Shown here one piece after another: positions 1-8,954 of a stretch of DNA of 64,000 nt; position 1 is the stretch's first letter; each line of letters begins with the position of its first letter. The translations under genes and the position numbers were made by a program. A model generated the notes under the pieces. It was not told where the DNA came from. It saw only the letters and a program-made list of their open reading frames with translations, and did no database searches. Source of the DNA: an uncultured Fidelibacterota bacterium (GTDB taxonomy: Bacteria > Fidelibacterota > Marinisomatia > Marinisomatales > UBA1611). Location of the stretch: assembly GCA_913040915.1 (NCBI GenBank), contig CAJWHW010000001.1, positions 32,001 to 96,000 on the forward strand, read 5' to 3'.

Positions 1-1854
1 ACTGATAGTGCTCATGTTGAGATTTATGATGTACGATTAATTGCTACAGATGGCTTTGAACGGACCGCTCAAGAATTTCAGCTTTTTTCTCGTGCTGGCG
101 TAAAAATTCTATCAAATGCGCCTGAGTATGCATCTGTTGGGACTCCTTACAAATATTCTGTAAAAGTGTGGCGTCAACGACCTGATGAAAAAATTAATTA
201 CAAATTATTTTTTGGACCTGATGGTATGAAAATGGAACCAGATGGTACGATTTCATGGATACCAAACCCGGTACAGGTTGATACAGCCAAATATGCTGTG
301 GTGGTAAGCCATGGCGTAGCGACAGATACACAATACGTGGACTTATTTGTTAATCATCCACCTATTATCAAAGCCTCACCAAACCCCGTGAATAAGATAA
401 ATGTTGGCGGAATATGGGATTTTGAGTTAATAATCGAGGATCCAAATAAAAATGATAAGCTGATCTATACAGCTCATGAGTTACCAGAAGGAATGCGGAT
501 GGACCCATATACAGGTCGCCTTCGTTGGGAACCAACCATGGGTGAATTAGACTTTCATACATTAAAAATTGAAATATCTGATGGTCATGAATCCCGTATG
601 ATTGAATCTGATTTTTTTGTTAATGCTCCTATACATATAGTTTCCGTACCTACAATGTCAGCAACCGTAGGTGAAGAGTACACTTATCGTATTATGGTAA
701 ATGATAAAAATAAGGGTTCATTATTGCCATTTAAGAGGGTTGTAAAAGTAGAAAATTTATCCGTTATACGTATGTATTCTATCAATATAACAGATGATGT
801 TGCTCTGTCAGGCGTAGATCGTTATATAGGTGATTGGCATAATGCTGATGCTATTTATTACCATGATCCAAAATATCCTGCAGATTCTCTTGTTTCACGA
901 TTAAACATGAAAAAATATACCCATTCGGTATTTTTTGAAGATGATAGATTATGGGTGATATTAGAAACTATTAATGGTCGGACCATTAAGATTAAAGACT
1001 TTTTATGGGAATTTTTCCATGGTGGAAAAGGAAAGCCTCCTAGGGTAGTTGTTGAACGAGTAAACCCAATCAAATTTTCGCTATTAGATTTTCCTGAAGG
1101 AATGGTTGTAGAAGAAGCATCTGGTACAATACGTTGGACACCAAATGTAGAGCAGACAGATGCACACCGAATAACTGCTGTTGTTTCAGATGGCTATACA
1201 AAAGATGAGCAGACATTCGAAATTTATTCAAACCATTTGCCTACAATAGTTTCTAATCCACCGAATATGGGTTTAGTTGGAGAATTATTCAAATATCAGG
1301 TAAGAGTCGATGATAGGAACGAAAACTCAAATTTGGAATATACTCTGCTGAAAGGGCCTCACGGAATGCAAATGGATCGCTATGGAAAGATTTTGTGGGT
1401 GCCAAAAGCAGCTCAGATTAACAATAACACGTTTGAAGTAGCTGTGAGTGATGGTTACGGTACCGATGTGCAGAATAGCAAAATTTTTGTGAATAACGCG
1501 CCTTCAGTCATTTCTAATCCTAAACCTGTAGGCCTCACTGGTCATTCATGGCGCTATAAAATGACAACAGAAGATTTGAATGGAGATAAAGTGGCATATC
1601 GTGCTGTGCGCCTACCGAAATATGCCCGTTTTGATAAAAGGAAGGCTACAGTCGAATGGACACCTAGGAAGAACCAATTAGGAATGAATGATTTTATTCT
1701 AATGGCGGTGGATGAACATGGTGCTACATCAAGCCATGAATTTCAAGTCCATATTTTTCATGACCCAAGCTCTCAACAATTAGTCAATACTGGATGGCCA
1801 CTTATGTTAACTTTTGTAGGTGTAGTATTCGCTTGGGGAATGGCACAGATATAA
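1..1854 (+). CDS. Large surface protein with tandem putative-Ig/cadherin-like (He_PIG-type) repeats and a C-terminal hydrophobic anchor; 5'-truncated by the window edge
   Basis: Frame is open from base 1 (TDSAHVEIYDVRLIATDG...). It has repeating ~90-aa units N(H/A)PPxI...Y...D.N.D...Y....P.GM..D..G.I.W.P...V.V.DG and ends in WPLMLTFVGVVFAWGMAQI. Confidence 0.75.
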   Translation, partial: TDSAHVEIYDVRLIATDGFERTAQEFQLFSRAGVKILSNAPEYASVGTPYKYSVKVWRQRPDEKINYKLFFGPDGMKMEPDGTISWIPNPVQVDTAKYAVVVSHGVATDTQYVDLFVNHPPIIKASPNPVNKINVGGIWDFELIIEDPNKNDKLIYTAHELPEGMRMDPYTGRLRWEPTMGELDFHTLKIEISDGHESRMIESDFFVNAPIHIVSVPTMSATVGEEYTYRIMVNDKNKGSLLPFKRVVKVENLSVIRMYSINITDDVALSGVDRYIGDWHNADAIYYHDPKYPADSLVSRLNMKKYTHSVFFEDDRLWVILETINGRTIKIKDFLWEFFHGGKGKPPRVVVERVNPIKFSLLDFPEGMVVEEASGTIRWTPNVEQTDAHRITAVVSDGYTKDEQTFEIYSNHLPTIVSNPPNMGLVGELFKYQVRVDDRNENSNLEYTLLKGPHGMQMDRYGKILWVPKAAQINNNTFEVAVSDGYGTDVQNSKIFVNNAPSVISNPKPVGLTGHSWRYKMTTEDLNGDKVAYRAVRLPKYARFDKRKATVEWTPRKNQLGMNDFILMAVDEHGATSSHEFQVHIFHDPSSQQLVNTGWPLMLTFVGVVFAWGMAQI

Positions 1855-1864
1855 TAATAAATTA

Positions 1865-2896
1865 TTATTTATTTATTTTATTTAAACACCCATCTATCAA
1901 AATATTTAAATCTTTCTTCGGTTTAATTTCCAAACTCATTTCAATAATAATCAAAGGTTTTGAAATAGTAAATGATGCTAATTTCACCCAATCCTTTTCT
2001 GTTGTAATAATATAGTCGGCATTTACAGATAGAGTTTCTAGTAAAGTCCAATCTGATTCTGAGTATTTATAATGATCCGGAAAGACTTTTTCTCCTAAAA
2101 TTTTACAACCTAACTTTTTAACCGATTTTTTAAACCCAAATGGGTCGCCAATAGCAGAAACAATAAATACTTTACAACCGTCCACAGATTCTAATTTAAC
2201 TGGTGATAAAGGTGAAATTGAAGTTTTAACAAAAGAGCAAAAAATAGGCATTCCCGTTTCTTGAACTTTTCTAAATAAAAAAGGATTTGATTGTTTCAAG
2301 TTTATTTTCGTTAATATTATTGCACTCCCTCTTTTTATATTTAACCAAGGTTCCCTTAAAATACCGTAGGGAATAAGTTTATGATCATATTTTGTATCTC
2401 CACTATTGACTAGTACCAGATCTAAATCCCGATTTATAGCTCGATGTTGAAAACCGTCATCTAAAAGAATTACATCTGGATTAAATTTTTTCTTTAAAAA
2501 CTTACCTCCTCTAAAACGATCTTCATCTACGACTATCGGAATAGAGTTTAGTTTTATTGCCATTAAATAGGGTTCATCTCCTACATCTTGCCATGTAGTC
2601 TTTATCTCAGATCCATTTGACACTAAAACCATACCTGATGTAGAACGCCCATATCCTCGACTTAAAATTGCAACCTTCTTCCCATTACCTTTTAAATAAT
2701 TCGCTAAATAAATAACAGTAGGTGTTTTACCGGTTCCCCCAACAGTTATATTTCCAACACTTATAATATTGCATAATAAACGTCTTGAAATAAAAAAATT
2801 ATATTTATAAAAAAGATTTCTCCAATAAACAACTCCCCAGTAAATAAGTGCCAGCGGGAATAGCAAATAAGAGTAGAATCGCTTACGAACTCTCAT
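1865..2896 (-). CDS. lpxK: Tetraacyldisaccharide 4'-kinase
   Basis: SVGNITVGGTGKTP P-loop, LSRGYG, GDEP, LDDGFQH, GILREP, FPDHY, TTEKDWVK. Start moved to ATG 2896 (MRVRKRF); the longer ORF extension overlaps the upstream gene. Confidence 0.95.
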   Translation of the reverse strand: MRVRKRFYSYLLFPLALIYWGVVYWRNLFYKYNFFISRRLLCNIISVGNITVGGTGKTPTVIYLANYLKGNGKKVAILSRGYGRSTSGMVLVSNGSEIKTTWQDVGDEPYLMAIKLNSIPIVVDEDRFRGGKFLKKKFNPDVILLDDGFQHRAINRDLDLVLVNSGDTKYDHKLIPYGILREPWLNIKRGSAIILTKINLKQSNPFLFRKVQETGMPIFCSFVKTSISPLSPVKLESVDGCKVFIVSAIGDPFGFKKSVKKLGCKILGEKVFPDHYKYSESDWTLLETLSVNADYIITTEKDWVKLASFTISKPLIIIEMSLEIKPKKDLNILIDGCLNKINK

Positions 2897-3536
2897 TATT
2901 TGTATAATGCAAATTATTATTTTCTGTTTGGCACATCTTTTGAATGAGAATTTTACTGCATAAATCAAAATCACATTTTTTTTCAAAATAAAATGGTTTT
3001 CCGTATTCAATAAAGATATTACCAAATGGTTTTTCCAGGTAAAATGTATCCCAGTTCGTAAACTTCCAGTGGCGTGTTGATCTAACATTGATAGGAATTA
3101 TGGCGGCGCCTGTTGCTTGTGCAGCTCGAATGACACCAGGCTTGGGTATTTTTGGGGGTCCAGTTGGACCATCCGGTGTGATAAATACAAGGCTTCCAGG
3201 AATTTTTAACGCACGGATCATTGCTTTATAAGCGATATCTCCTTTTTCTTTGCTAGATCCTCTCATCATATGCCATCCCCATTTGGTTGCGATTCTTGAA
3301 ATAATTTCAGCATCCTTATGGGTTCCGGCAACGGCATGTACAATTTCATCGCGTAGGTCATGTACAATTGTTAATAATTGACTATGCCATGCAGATAATA
3401 TCACTGATGTCCCTTTTTGAATTATTTGTCGATAATTTTCTCTTCCTCTTACATCTTTTTGATTTGTTCCATAGATGCACTTGAGCAATAAACTGCCTAG
3501 AACGACTTTTAAATTCATAGGAATTGATTTTATCAT
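2883..3536 (-). CDS. DUF374 / lysophospholipid acyltransferase-family protein
   Basis: SAWHS, HKDAEII, RGSS..G, ITPDGPTGP, W..F..P..F pattern; lies between lpxB and lpxK. Confidence 0.8.
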   Translation of the reverse strand: MIKSIPMNLKVVLGSLLLKCIYGTNQKDVRGRENYRQIIQKGTSVILSAWHSQLLTIVHDLRDEIVHAVAGTHKDAEIISRIATKWGWHMMRGSSKEKGDIAYKAMIRALKIPGSLVFITPDGPTGPPKIPKPGVIRAAQATGAAIIPINVRSTRHWKFTNWDTFYLEKPFGNIFIEYGKPFYFEKKCDFDLCSKILIQKMCQTENNNLHYTNNESS

Positions 3537-4663
3537 GAGTCCAGCATCATTTTGGATAAAATAGCTTCAGCAGCACGATTATACACTCCTGGCTTTCCCA
3601 AAGTAAGACGTACCGTATCAAATCGAGTTAACATCCTTTTTCTTTCTTCATTGTTTTGATCAATCAATGGCAATAAAGCTTTCACAAGATTGTCCTTAGT
3701 CATATTATGTTGTAAATATTCAGGTACAATTTTTTTATTAGCAATAAGATTTACAATTGATGCAAATGGTATTTTGGTCAAATTTTTTGCGATAAACCAT
3801 GAAATACAAGATAGCTTGTAACATACAACTAATGGAGTATCTTCCACCGCACATTCTAAGGTAGCTGTTCCAGAAGATACCAATGCAGCAGTGCCAGCTA
3901 TAATAGCTTTGCGCGAATTCTTTTCTATTTTAAAATGATTTGGTAATGGCGAAAGGTTAACGTGAGGTGATTTTCCAACCATAATCTGTAGATTAGGATG
4001 TATTTGTTTTAATGTTTTTGCCGTGTCTAGAAATATAGTCCAATGTCTATCGATTTCTTGTTGCCGACTGCCAGGTAATAAAACTAGTAGAGGATGTTCA
4101 ATTGTTAAATTATGGCGCTGGTAAAACTCTTTTGATGATTCATCAAAATGTTCCTTATCTGCAAATGGATGCCCTACATAGTCTATCTTTAATCCTTTCG
4201 ATTTAAACCAATCATGTTCAAATGGGAATATAGAAAGCGCCTGATTTAAAACTGACTTCATTGTTTTAACTCTTTTTTCTTTCCATGCCCATACTTGAGG
4301 TAGAATAAAATAAGTAATTGGAATATTTAATTTTTTGATTTTTTTTGCTAATCTCAAATTAAATCCTGGATAATCGATTAGAATAACTCTATTTGGTTTT
4401 GTCCTCTCTATTGTATTGCTTGTCTTTCTTAAAATATGCATCATCCGTGGCAAATGTTTTACTACTTCTGTAAATCCCATCATAGTTAAGTCATCCGAAT
4501 GTTCCAGAAGCTGCATGCCTGCATTTTGCATAAACTTGCCACCATGCCCCATAAAAGATGAATTAGGCTCTAGTCTTTGAATCGCCTTTATAAGTCTGCC
4601 TCCATGCAAATCACCTGATGGTTCACCGGCAATCAAAAAAAATTTTAATGGCGTAGAATCCAT
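3533..4663 (-). CDS. lpxB: Lipid-A-disaccharide synthase
   Basis: IAGEPSGDLHG, LIDYPGFNLRLA, PQVWAW, IFPFE, VGHP, LPGSRQQEI, SGTATLE. Confidence 0.96.
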   Translation of the reverse strand: MDSTPLKFFLIAGEPSGDLHGGRLIKAIQRLEPNSSFMGHGGKFMQNAGMQLLEHSDDLTMMGFTEVVKHLPRMMHILRKTSNTIERTKPNRVILIDYPGFNLRLAKKIKKLNIPITYFILPQVWAWKEKRVKTMKSVLNQALSIFPFEHDWFKSKGLKIDYVGHPFADKEHFDESSKEFYQRHNLTIEHPLLVLLPGSRQQEIDRHWTIFLDTAKTLKQIHPNLQIMVGKSPHVNLSPLPNHFKIEKNSRKAIIAGTAALVSSGTATLECAVEDTPLVVCYKLSCISWFIAKNLTKIPFASIVNLIANKKIVPEYLQHNMTKDNLVKALLPLIDQNNEERKRMLTRFDTVRLTLGKPGVYNRAAEAILSKMMLDS

Positions 4664-4673
4664 TTAAATTCAT

Positions 4674-5258
4674 TTAAACGGGCGGGAACAACACCGTTTT
4701 TATTACAATTATAGTTATAATGAGGATCAAGTTTTGTAAAGTCCGTTTTTCTGTTTTCAGGGTTTTAAAAAGATGTGTGGGTTTTCGGTTATCTTTACCT
4801 AACCAAGGGGACAGCCTTGGAAATAATCTAGGAACATATCGCTTATAAATTGTGTAATCCTCACCAAATAGGCCATTTAATGTTTCTTCTTCCAATGAAA
4901 TAATCATGGAATATTGAAATGAAAAAAATATAAAAACTAGAATAAATAATTCCCACATATATTGTCCACCTGCAATAAAAACAATCCCGCAATAAATAAT
5001 CATATTGCCTAGGTATAATGGATTTCTTGTACATGCATAAGGCCCTGTTGTGCACAAAGATGGTGCGCCTACTTTTATTGTCCTTGTAACACCTCCGGCA
5101 TATCGTACGGCATTTATTCTTATGGACTCCCCAAAAAAAGCTAAAACACAACCCCACATAAAATATGGCATAGAAGGTTTTGCAAAAAAAAGCACAACCA
5201 AAACAATTGGAATTGGTGTATAGCTTCTGTTGGAAAATAAAAAATTACGAAAATCCAC
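4674..5258 (-). CDS. Isoprenylcysteine carboxyl methyltransferase (ICMT/PEMT) family membrane methyltransferase, LmtA-like
   Basis: LCTTGPYACTRNPLYLG, EE..L...FG..Y..Y...VP motif, multiple TM helices, N-terminal FLFSNRSYTP. GTG start overlaps the upstream stop. Confidence 0.85.
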   Translation of the reverse strand: MDFRNFLFSNRSYTPIPIVLVVLFFAKPSMPYFMWGCVLAFFGESIRINAVRYAGGVTRTIKVGAPSLCTTGPYACTRNPLYLGNMIIYCGIVFIAGGQYMWELFILVFIFFSFQYSMIISLEEETLNGLFGEDYTIYKRYVPRLFPRLSPWLGKDNRKPTHLFKTLKTEKRTLQNLILIITIIVIKTVLFPPV

Positions 5259-6247
5259 TAATGTAAATCCTCTAAAATCATCTGTTGAATTTTCATGGCG
5301 ACCTCTAAAGCATCCTTTCCTGCTTTGCCGCTCACAATAGGTGTTTCCTTCCCTTGAATTGATCTAACAAAATTTTCTAATTCCTTTTGAAGTGCATCAA
5401 CAGAATCTATCGGCGGTTTATTATAGGCAATGAATCGTTTATTCTCTTCGTAGTGAAAGGGTAAAATCATTAGTGCGTCTGGGTTTTTATCAGGTTCAGA
5501 CACGATATTATAAACTTCTGTGATTCCCAAGAGTAGATCAATTGTGGCATAGAGATCACGTTGGAATACTTTCAGTTTACGTACCTTATCTTTTGCTACG
5601 CGGCTAGACATGATGCTGGCTACAGTACCATTTCCAAAGCGTATCCTGGCATGAGCAATATCTACAGAACTAGTAAGGATTGAAAGCCCGCTAGCGCTAA
5701 TTGATTTGACAGGAGAATTAACAAGGGTTAATAAAATATCAATATCATGAATCATTAAATCCAATACAACAGGCACATCTGTTCCTCTGGCAGTGTAGGG
5801 CGCTAACCTCTGAATCTCGATAAATTTCGGATTTATATTATATGGATTTAAAGCCACAAGGGCAGGATTTAATCTTTCTATATGTCCAACTTGAATCATG
5901 ACTCCTTTTTCTTTTGCCAAAAGTATTAAACTCTCTGCCTCTTCAATAGTTGTGGTAATAGGTTTTTCAATAAATACATGTTTCCCAGCCATTATACATT
6001 TTTCTGCTATAATTGCATGAGTAGGAGTAGGTGTCACAATTGAAACTGCATCCACATCAGATAATAGTGATTCTAGATTGGGGTAAACATTGACGCTGTT
6101 TTTTTGGGCTATGGTATCAGCTCTTTTGAGATTTAAATCAAATATACCGATCAAATTTGTATCTGGGAGAGTGACAAAATGTTTAACATGGTGCTGTCCC
6201 AGATGCCCCACACCAATGACGCCAATGTTAACAGATTCATTTCTCAT
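5258..6247 (-). CDS. Gfo/Idh/MocA oxidoreductase, probable UDP-GlcNAc 3-dehydrogenase (GnnA-like)
   Basis: GVIGVGHLG Rossmann motif, EKP, QVGHIERLNP, DVPVVLDLMIHDID, ARIRF.NG..A....SR; heads the lpxB-lpxK operon. Confidence 0.8.
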   Translation of the reverse strand: MRNESVNIGVIGVGHLGQHHVKHFVTLPDTNLIGIFDLNLKRADTIAQKNSVNVYPNLESLLSDVDAVSIVTPTPTHAIIAEKCIMAGKHVFIEKPITTTIEEAESLILLAKEKGVMIQVGHIERLNPALVALNPYNINPKFIEIQRLAPYTARGTDVPVVLDLMIHDIDILLTLVNSPVKSISASGLSILTSSVDIAHARIRFGNGTVASIMSSRVAKDKVRKLKVFQRDLYATIDLLLGITEVYNIVSEPDKNPDALMILPFHYEENKRFIAYNKPPIDSVDALQKELENFVRSIQGKETPIVSGKAGKDALEVAMKIQQMILEDLH

Positions 6248-6324
6248 AGTATACTTAAAAGTTACGGAATCGTAATATTAGATTACATGGGAGAAAACGA
6301 ACGATTTTGGTAATTGGAAAAATC

Positions 6325-6353
6325 TTGCTTTTCTCAAGTACAAAGAGCAATTT
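6325..6353 (+). promoter_or_regulatory. Putative sigma70-type promoter for the 6388 gene
   Basis: TTGCTT-N17-CAATTT upstream of a GGAG RBS and ATG 6388. Confidence 0.35.
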
Positions 6354-6387
6354 TTGACCATAAACGAGGTATTAATGGAGTTCCAAT

Positions 6388-7053
6388 ATGGCTAACGACA
6401 TGAAATCCGGGATAGGGTTTATTATCCCAGCAGCCGGCGTCGTCGGCTTTTTTACATCTCTTCTCATGGGGGAATTTCTCCTGAGTATCATTATCGCTGT
6501 GGCCGGTATATTAGTTTGGTTTCTATACATGCTGGTTATGGAATCCCGCATCCCTGATCAAATGGGAAATATGATTTTGCTTTTTGGGGTAATGTTGGCT
6601 ATCGGAATCTTTTTTGGTTTTGGTATCAACCAAAATATGTGGGGAGGATTTGAATTTAGATCAGAGGGATCGATATTTTCGCTTGTGATTCTTTTTTTTG
6701 CAATACTTACTGGTCTTAACTTTCGGAACCAGTCTTCTTCGATAGCGACAGCAGATAGCGGACTCTCTGATGCTGATCGAGATTTAGTCATGAATGCAAT
6801 TAAGCAAACAGAATCTTCTAGTGAAACCACTGATGATCCACGGGTGATTGTTGTGAAACAGGAAGCACCTTTGGAAAAAACGGAGGAAAAACAAGAACGA
6901 AAGGAAACAAAACAGCCTGAGACTTATGATCCATATGCTATGACTAATAATCCTTATTTTGCTTATCCACCTGATTACTATTATGATGAAGAAGATGAAG
7001 AAGATGAAGACTATGAAGAAGATGAAGATTATGAAGAAGATGAAGATGAATAA
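6388..7053 (+). CDS. Hypothetical membrane protein: 4 predicted TM helices and a Tyr-rich, very acidic C-terminal tail
   Basis: GGAG RBS, hydrophobic N-terminal half, tail DYYYDEEDEEDEDYEEDEDYEEDEDE, followed by a terminator. Confidence 0.75.
   Translation: MANDMKSGIGFIIPAAGVVGFFTSLLMGEFLLSIIIAVAGILVWFLYMLVMESRIPDQMGNMILLFGVMLAIGIFFGFGINQNMWGGFEFRSEGSIFSLVILFFAILTGLNFRNQSSSIATADSGLSDADRDLVMNAIKQTESSSETTDDPRVIVVKQEAPLEKTEEKQERKETKQPETYDPYAMTNNPYFAYPPDYYYDEEDEEDEDYEEDEDYEEDEDE
6985..7050 (+). repeat. Low-complexity GAA/GAT tandem repeat (18-bp unit TATGAAGAAGATGAAGAT) encoding YEEDED
   Basis: Read directly: units at 7012-7029 and 7030-7047 plus a near-copy upstream. Confidence 0.85.
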
Positions 7054-7074
7054 ATTCCATAATCCATAAAAAAT

Positions 7075-7101
7075 AAAAGGGCAGAATTACTGCCCTTTTT
7101 T
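7075..7101. terminator. Bidirectional intrinsic terminator between convergent genes
   Basis: AAAAGGGCAG-AATTA-CTGCCCTTTT hairpin flanked by A and T tracts. Confidence 0.9.
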
Positions 7102-7110
7102 ATTACAATT

Positions 7111-8211
7111 TTAAACATTAAATCTGAAATATATACAATCACCGTCCTGTACTATGTATTTTTTACCTTCTTGCCTTATTAAACCTAAATTCGATAATGT
7201 TGTTTCCGACCCATGTTTGATCATATCATCATAATTAAAAACTTCAGCTTTAATGAATCCTCGCTCAAAATCAGTGTGGATTACACCCGCAGCTTTTGGC
7301 GCTGTAGATCCATTGGGAATTGTCCAGGCCCTGACTTGTCTTTTACCACAAGTAAAGAATGTATGTAGTCCCAGTAATTGAAATCCTGCACGGATTACTT
7401 TATGTAACCCAGGCTCTGAAAGTTGGTACTCCTGAAGGAATAGGACTTTCTCTTTATCCGGAAAGACTGCAATTTCTTGTTCAATAGACGCACAAATATC
7501 AATGGCTGAATTTCCTTCTCTATTAGCAAATTCATATAAGGCCTGAACATGTTTGTTTGTTTTTGTATGCATGATTTCAGCTTCTGCGACATTCGCAACA
7601 TAAAGGATAGGCTTGCTCGTTAAAAGATGAATTGAACGAAATATTTTTTTTTCATCCTGGTTCACGGGCAGTGTTCGAGCACGATTTCCATTATTACAAT
7701 GAGTTAATAATCGATTTAACAAATCTAATTCGTTTTTACTAGCCTTATCTCCTGTTTTAGCCCTTTTTATAGTTTTTTGATACCTCTTTTCTAGCGTTTC
7801 TATATCTGCCAACAATAACTCTGTTTCAATAGTTTTCGCATCACGGATTGGATCGATCTCTCCATCCACATGAGTAATATTTTTATCTTCGAAACAGCGT
7901 ACCACATGAATTATAGCAGTAGTTTGCCTAATTTGTCCCAAAAACTGATTGCCTAATCCCTCTCCCTTACTTGCCCCTTTTACTAAACCAGCAATATCCG
8001 TGAATTCAATAGTGGCCGGAATAATTTGTTTTGGATTATAAATTTTACCCAGCTCCTTTAATCTTGGATCGGGCAATGCTACAATTCCTATATGAGGTTC
8101 AATAGTGCAGAAAGGATAATTTTCTGCTGGAGTATTTGATGCTGTTAGTGCATTAAATAGGGTTGACTTACCTACATTGGGCAGTCCTATTATTCCACAT
8201 TGAAGGGACAT
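7111..8211 (-). CDS. ychF: Redox-regulated ATPase YchF
   Basis: GLPNVGKSTLFNALT, NYPFCTIEP, DIAGLVKGASKGEGLGNQFL, IHTDFERGFIKAEV, ends FRFNV. Confidence 0.97.
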   Translation of the reverse strand: MSLQCGIIGLPNVGKSTLFNALTASNTPAENYPFCTIEPHIGIVALPDPRLKELGKIYNPKQIIPATIEFTDIAGLVKGASKGEGLGNQFLGQIRQTTAIIHVVRCFEDKNITHVDGEIDPIRDAKTIETELLLADIETLEKRYQKTIKRAKTGDKASKNELDLLNRLLTHCNNGNRARTLPVNQDEKKIFRSIHLLTSKPILYVANVAEAEIMHTKTNKHVQALYEFANREGNSAIDICASIEQEIAVFPDKEKVLFLQEYQLSEPGLHKVIRAGFQLLGLHTFFTCGKRQVRAWTIPNGSTAPKAAGVIHTDFERGFIKAEVFNYDDMIKHGSETTLSNLGLIRQEGKKYIVQDGDCIYFRFNV

Positions 8212-8274
8212 AGATTATTTTGAATTAATTTTATAAAAAATAATTAATAAACCAGGGGATTATACAATCTTTAA

Positions 8275-8826
8275 TTAAAAAGAATCTAATGATGGATCCT
8301 CGCCAAAATTATAAGTAAGATTATCAAATAAACCGACTTGGAGATTTTTTGCAAAATAGATTATTCTATCTTGGCTGGTACTTAATTCCCCATCTGCCCA
8401 GACCATATATTTACCATGACGATTTAATAATTTTTTGATATCAATTTTATAGGTCACTATGTCATGGTAAGGACGGACCTGTCCTTTAAATTTTAAATCT
8501 CCAACTCCTAATGCACGCCCTCGACCTTGTCCGCCAATCCAGGATAAAAAGAATCCTACTAATTGCCACATTCCATCCAAGCCTAAACAACCGGGCATTA
8601 CTGGATCTCCTTTAAAGTGGCAGTGAAAAAACCAAAGTTCCTCTGAAATATCTAATTCTGCAGTAATGTGACCTTTACCATATTTCCCTTTATCATCATT
8701 TATTTCAGTAATACGATCCATCATGAGCATAGGAGGCAATGGCAGTTTACCATTTTCCATCCCACCCAGAGTACCTTCACCGCTTTGAATCAGCTCTTTT
8801 TTTGTATAACTATTTTTTTTTATCAT
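8275..8826 (-). CDS. fabA: 3-hydroxydecanoyl-ACP dehydratase / trans-2,cis-3 isomerase
   Basis: LPLPPMLMMDRI, WFFHCHFKGDPVMPGCLGLDGMWQLVGFFL (His plus FabA-type Asp), GRGRALGVG.LKF.GQV. Start set to ATG 8826. Confidence 0.92.
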   Translation of the reverse strand: MIKKNSYTKKELIQSGEGTLGGMENGKLPLPPMLMMDRITEINDDKGKYGKGHITAELDISEELWFFHCHFKGDPVMPGCLGLDGMWQLVGFFLSWIGGQGRGRALGVGDLKFKGQVRPYHDIVTYKIDIKKLLNRHGKYMVWADGELSTSQDRIIYFAKNLQVGLFDNLTYNFGEDPSLDSF

Positions 8827-8954
8827 TATTCGAATATTTTCCTGCTTTTTTGGATAGAAGAGAGTACAAATAATTTTAGATGAATAGAACCCACATTTCA
8901 CACTTAACTTTCAATAATAGCAGGTAAATTGTTGACTAAATTTTGGAGACATAT

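Noticed and set aside
2897..3088. N-terminal extension of the lpxK ORF
   Set aside because: It overlaps the DUF374 gene; LpxK similarity begins at ATG 2896.
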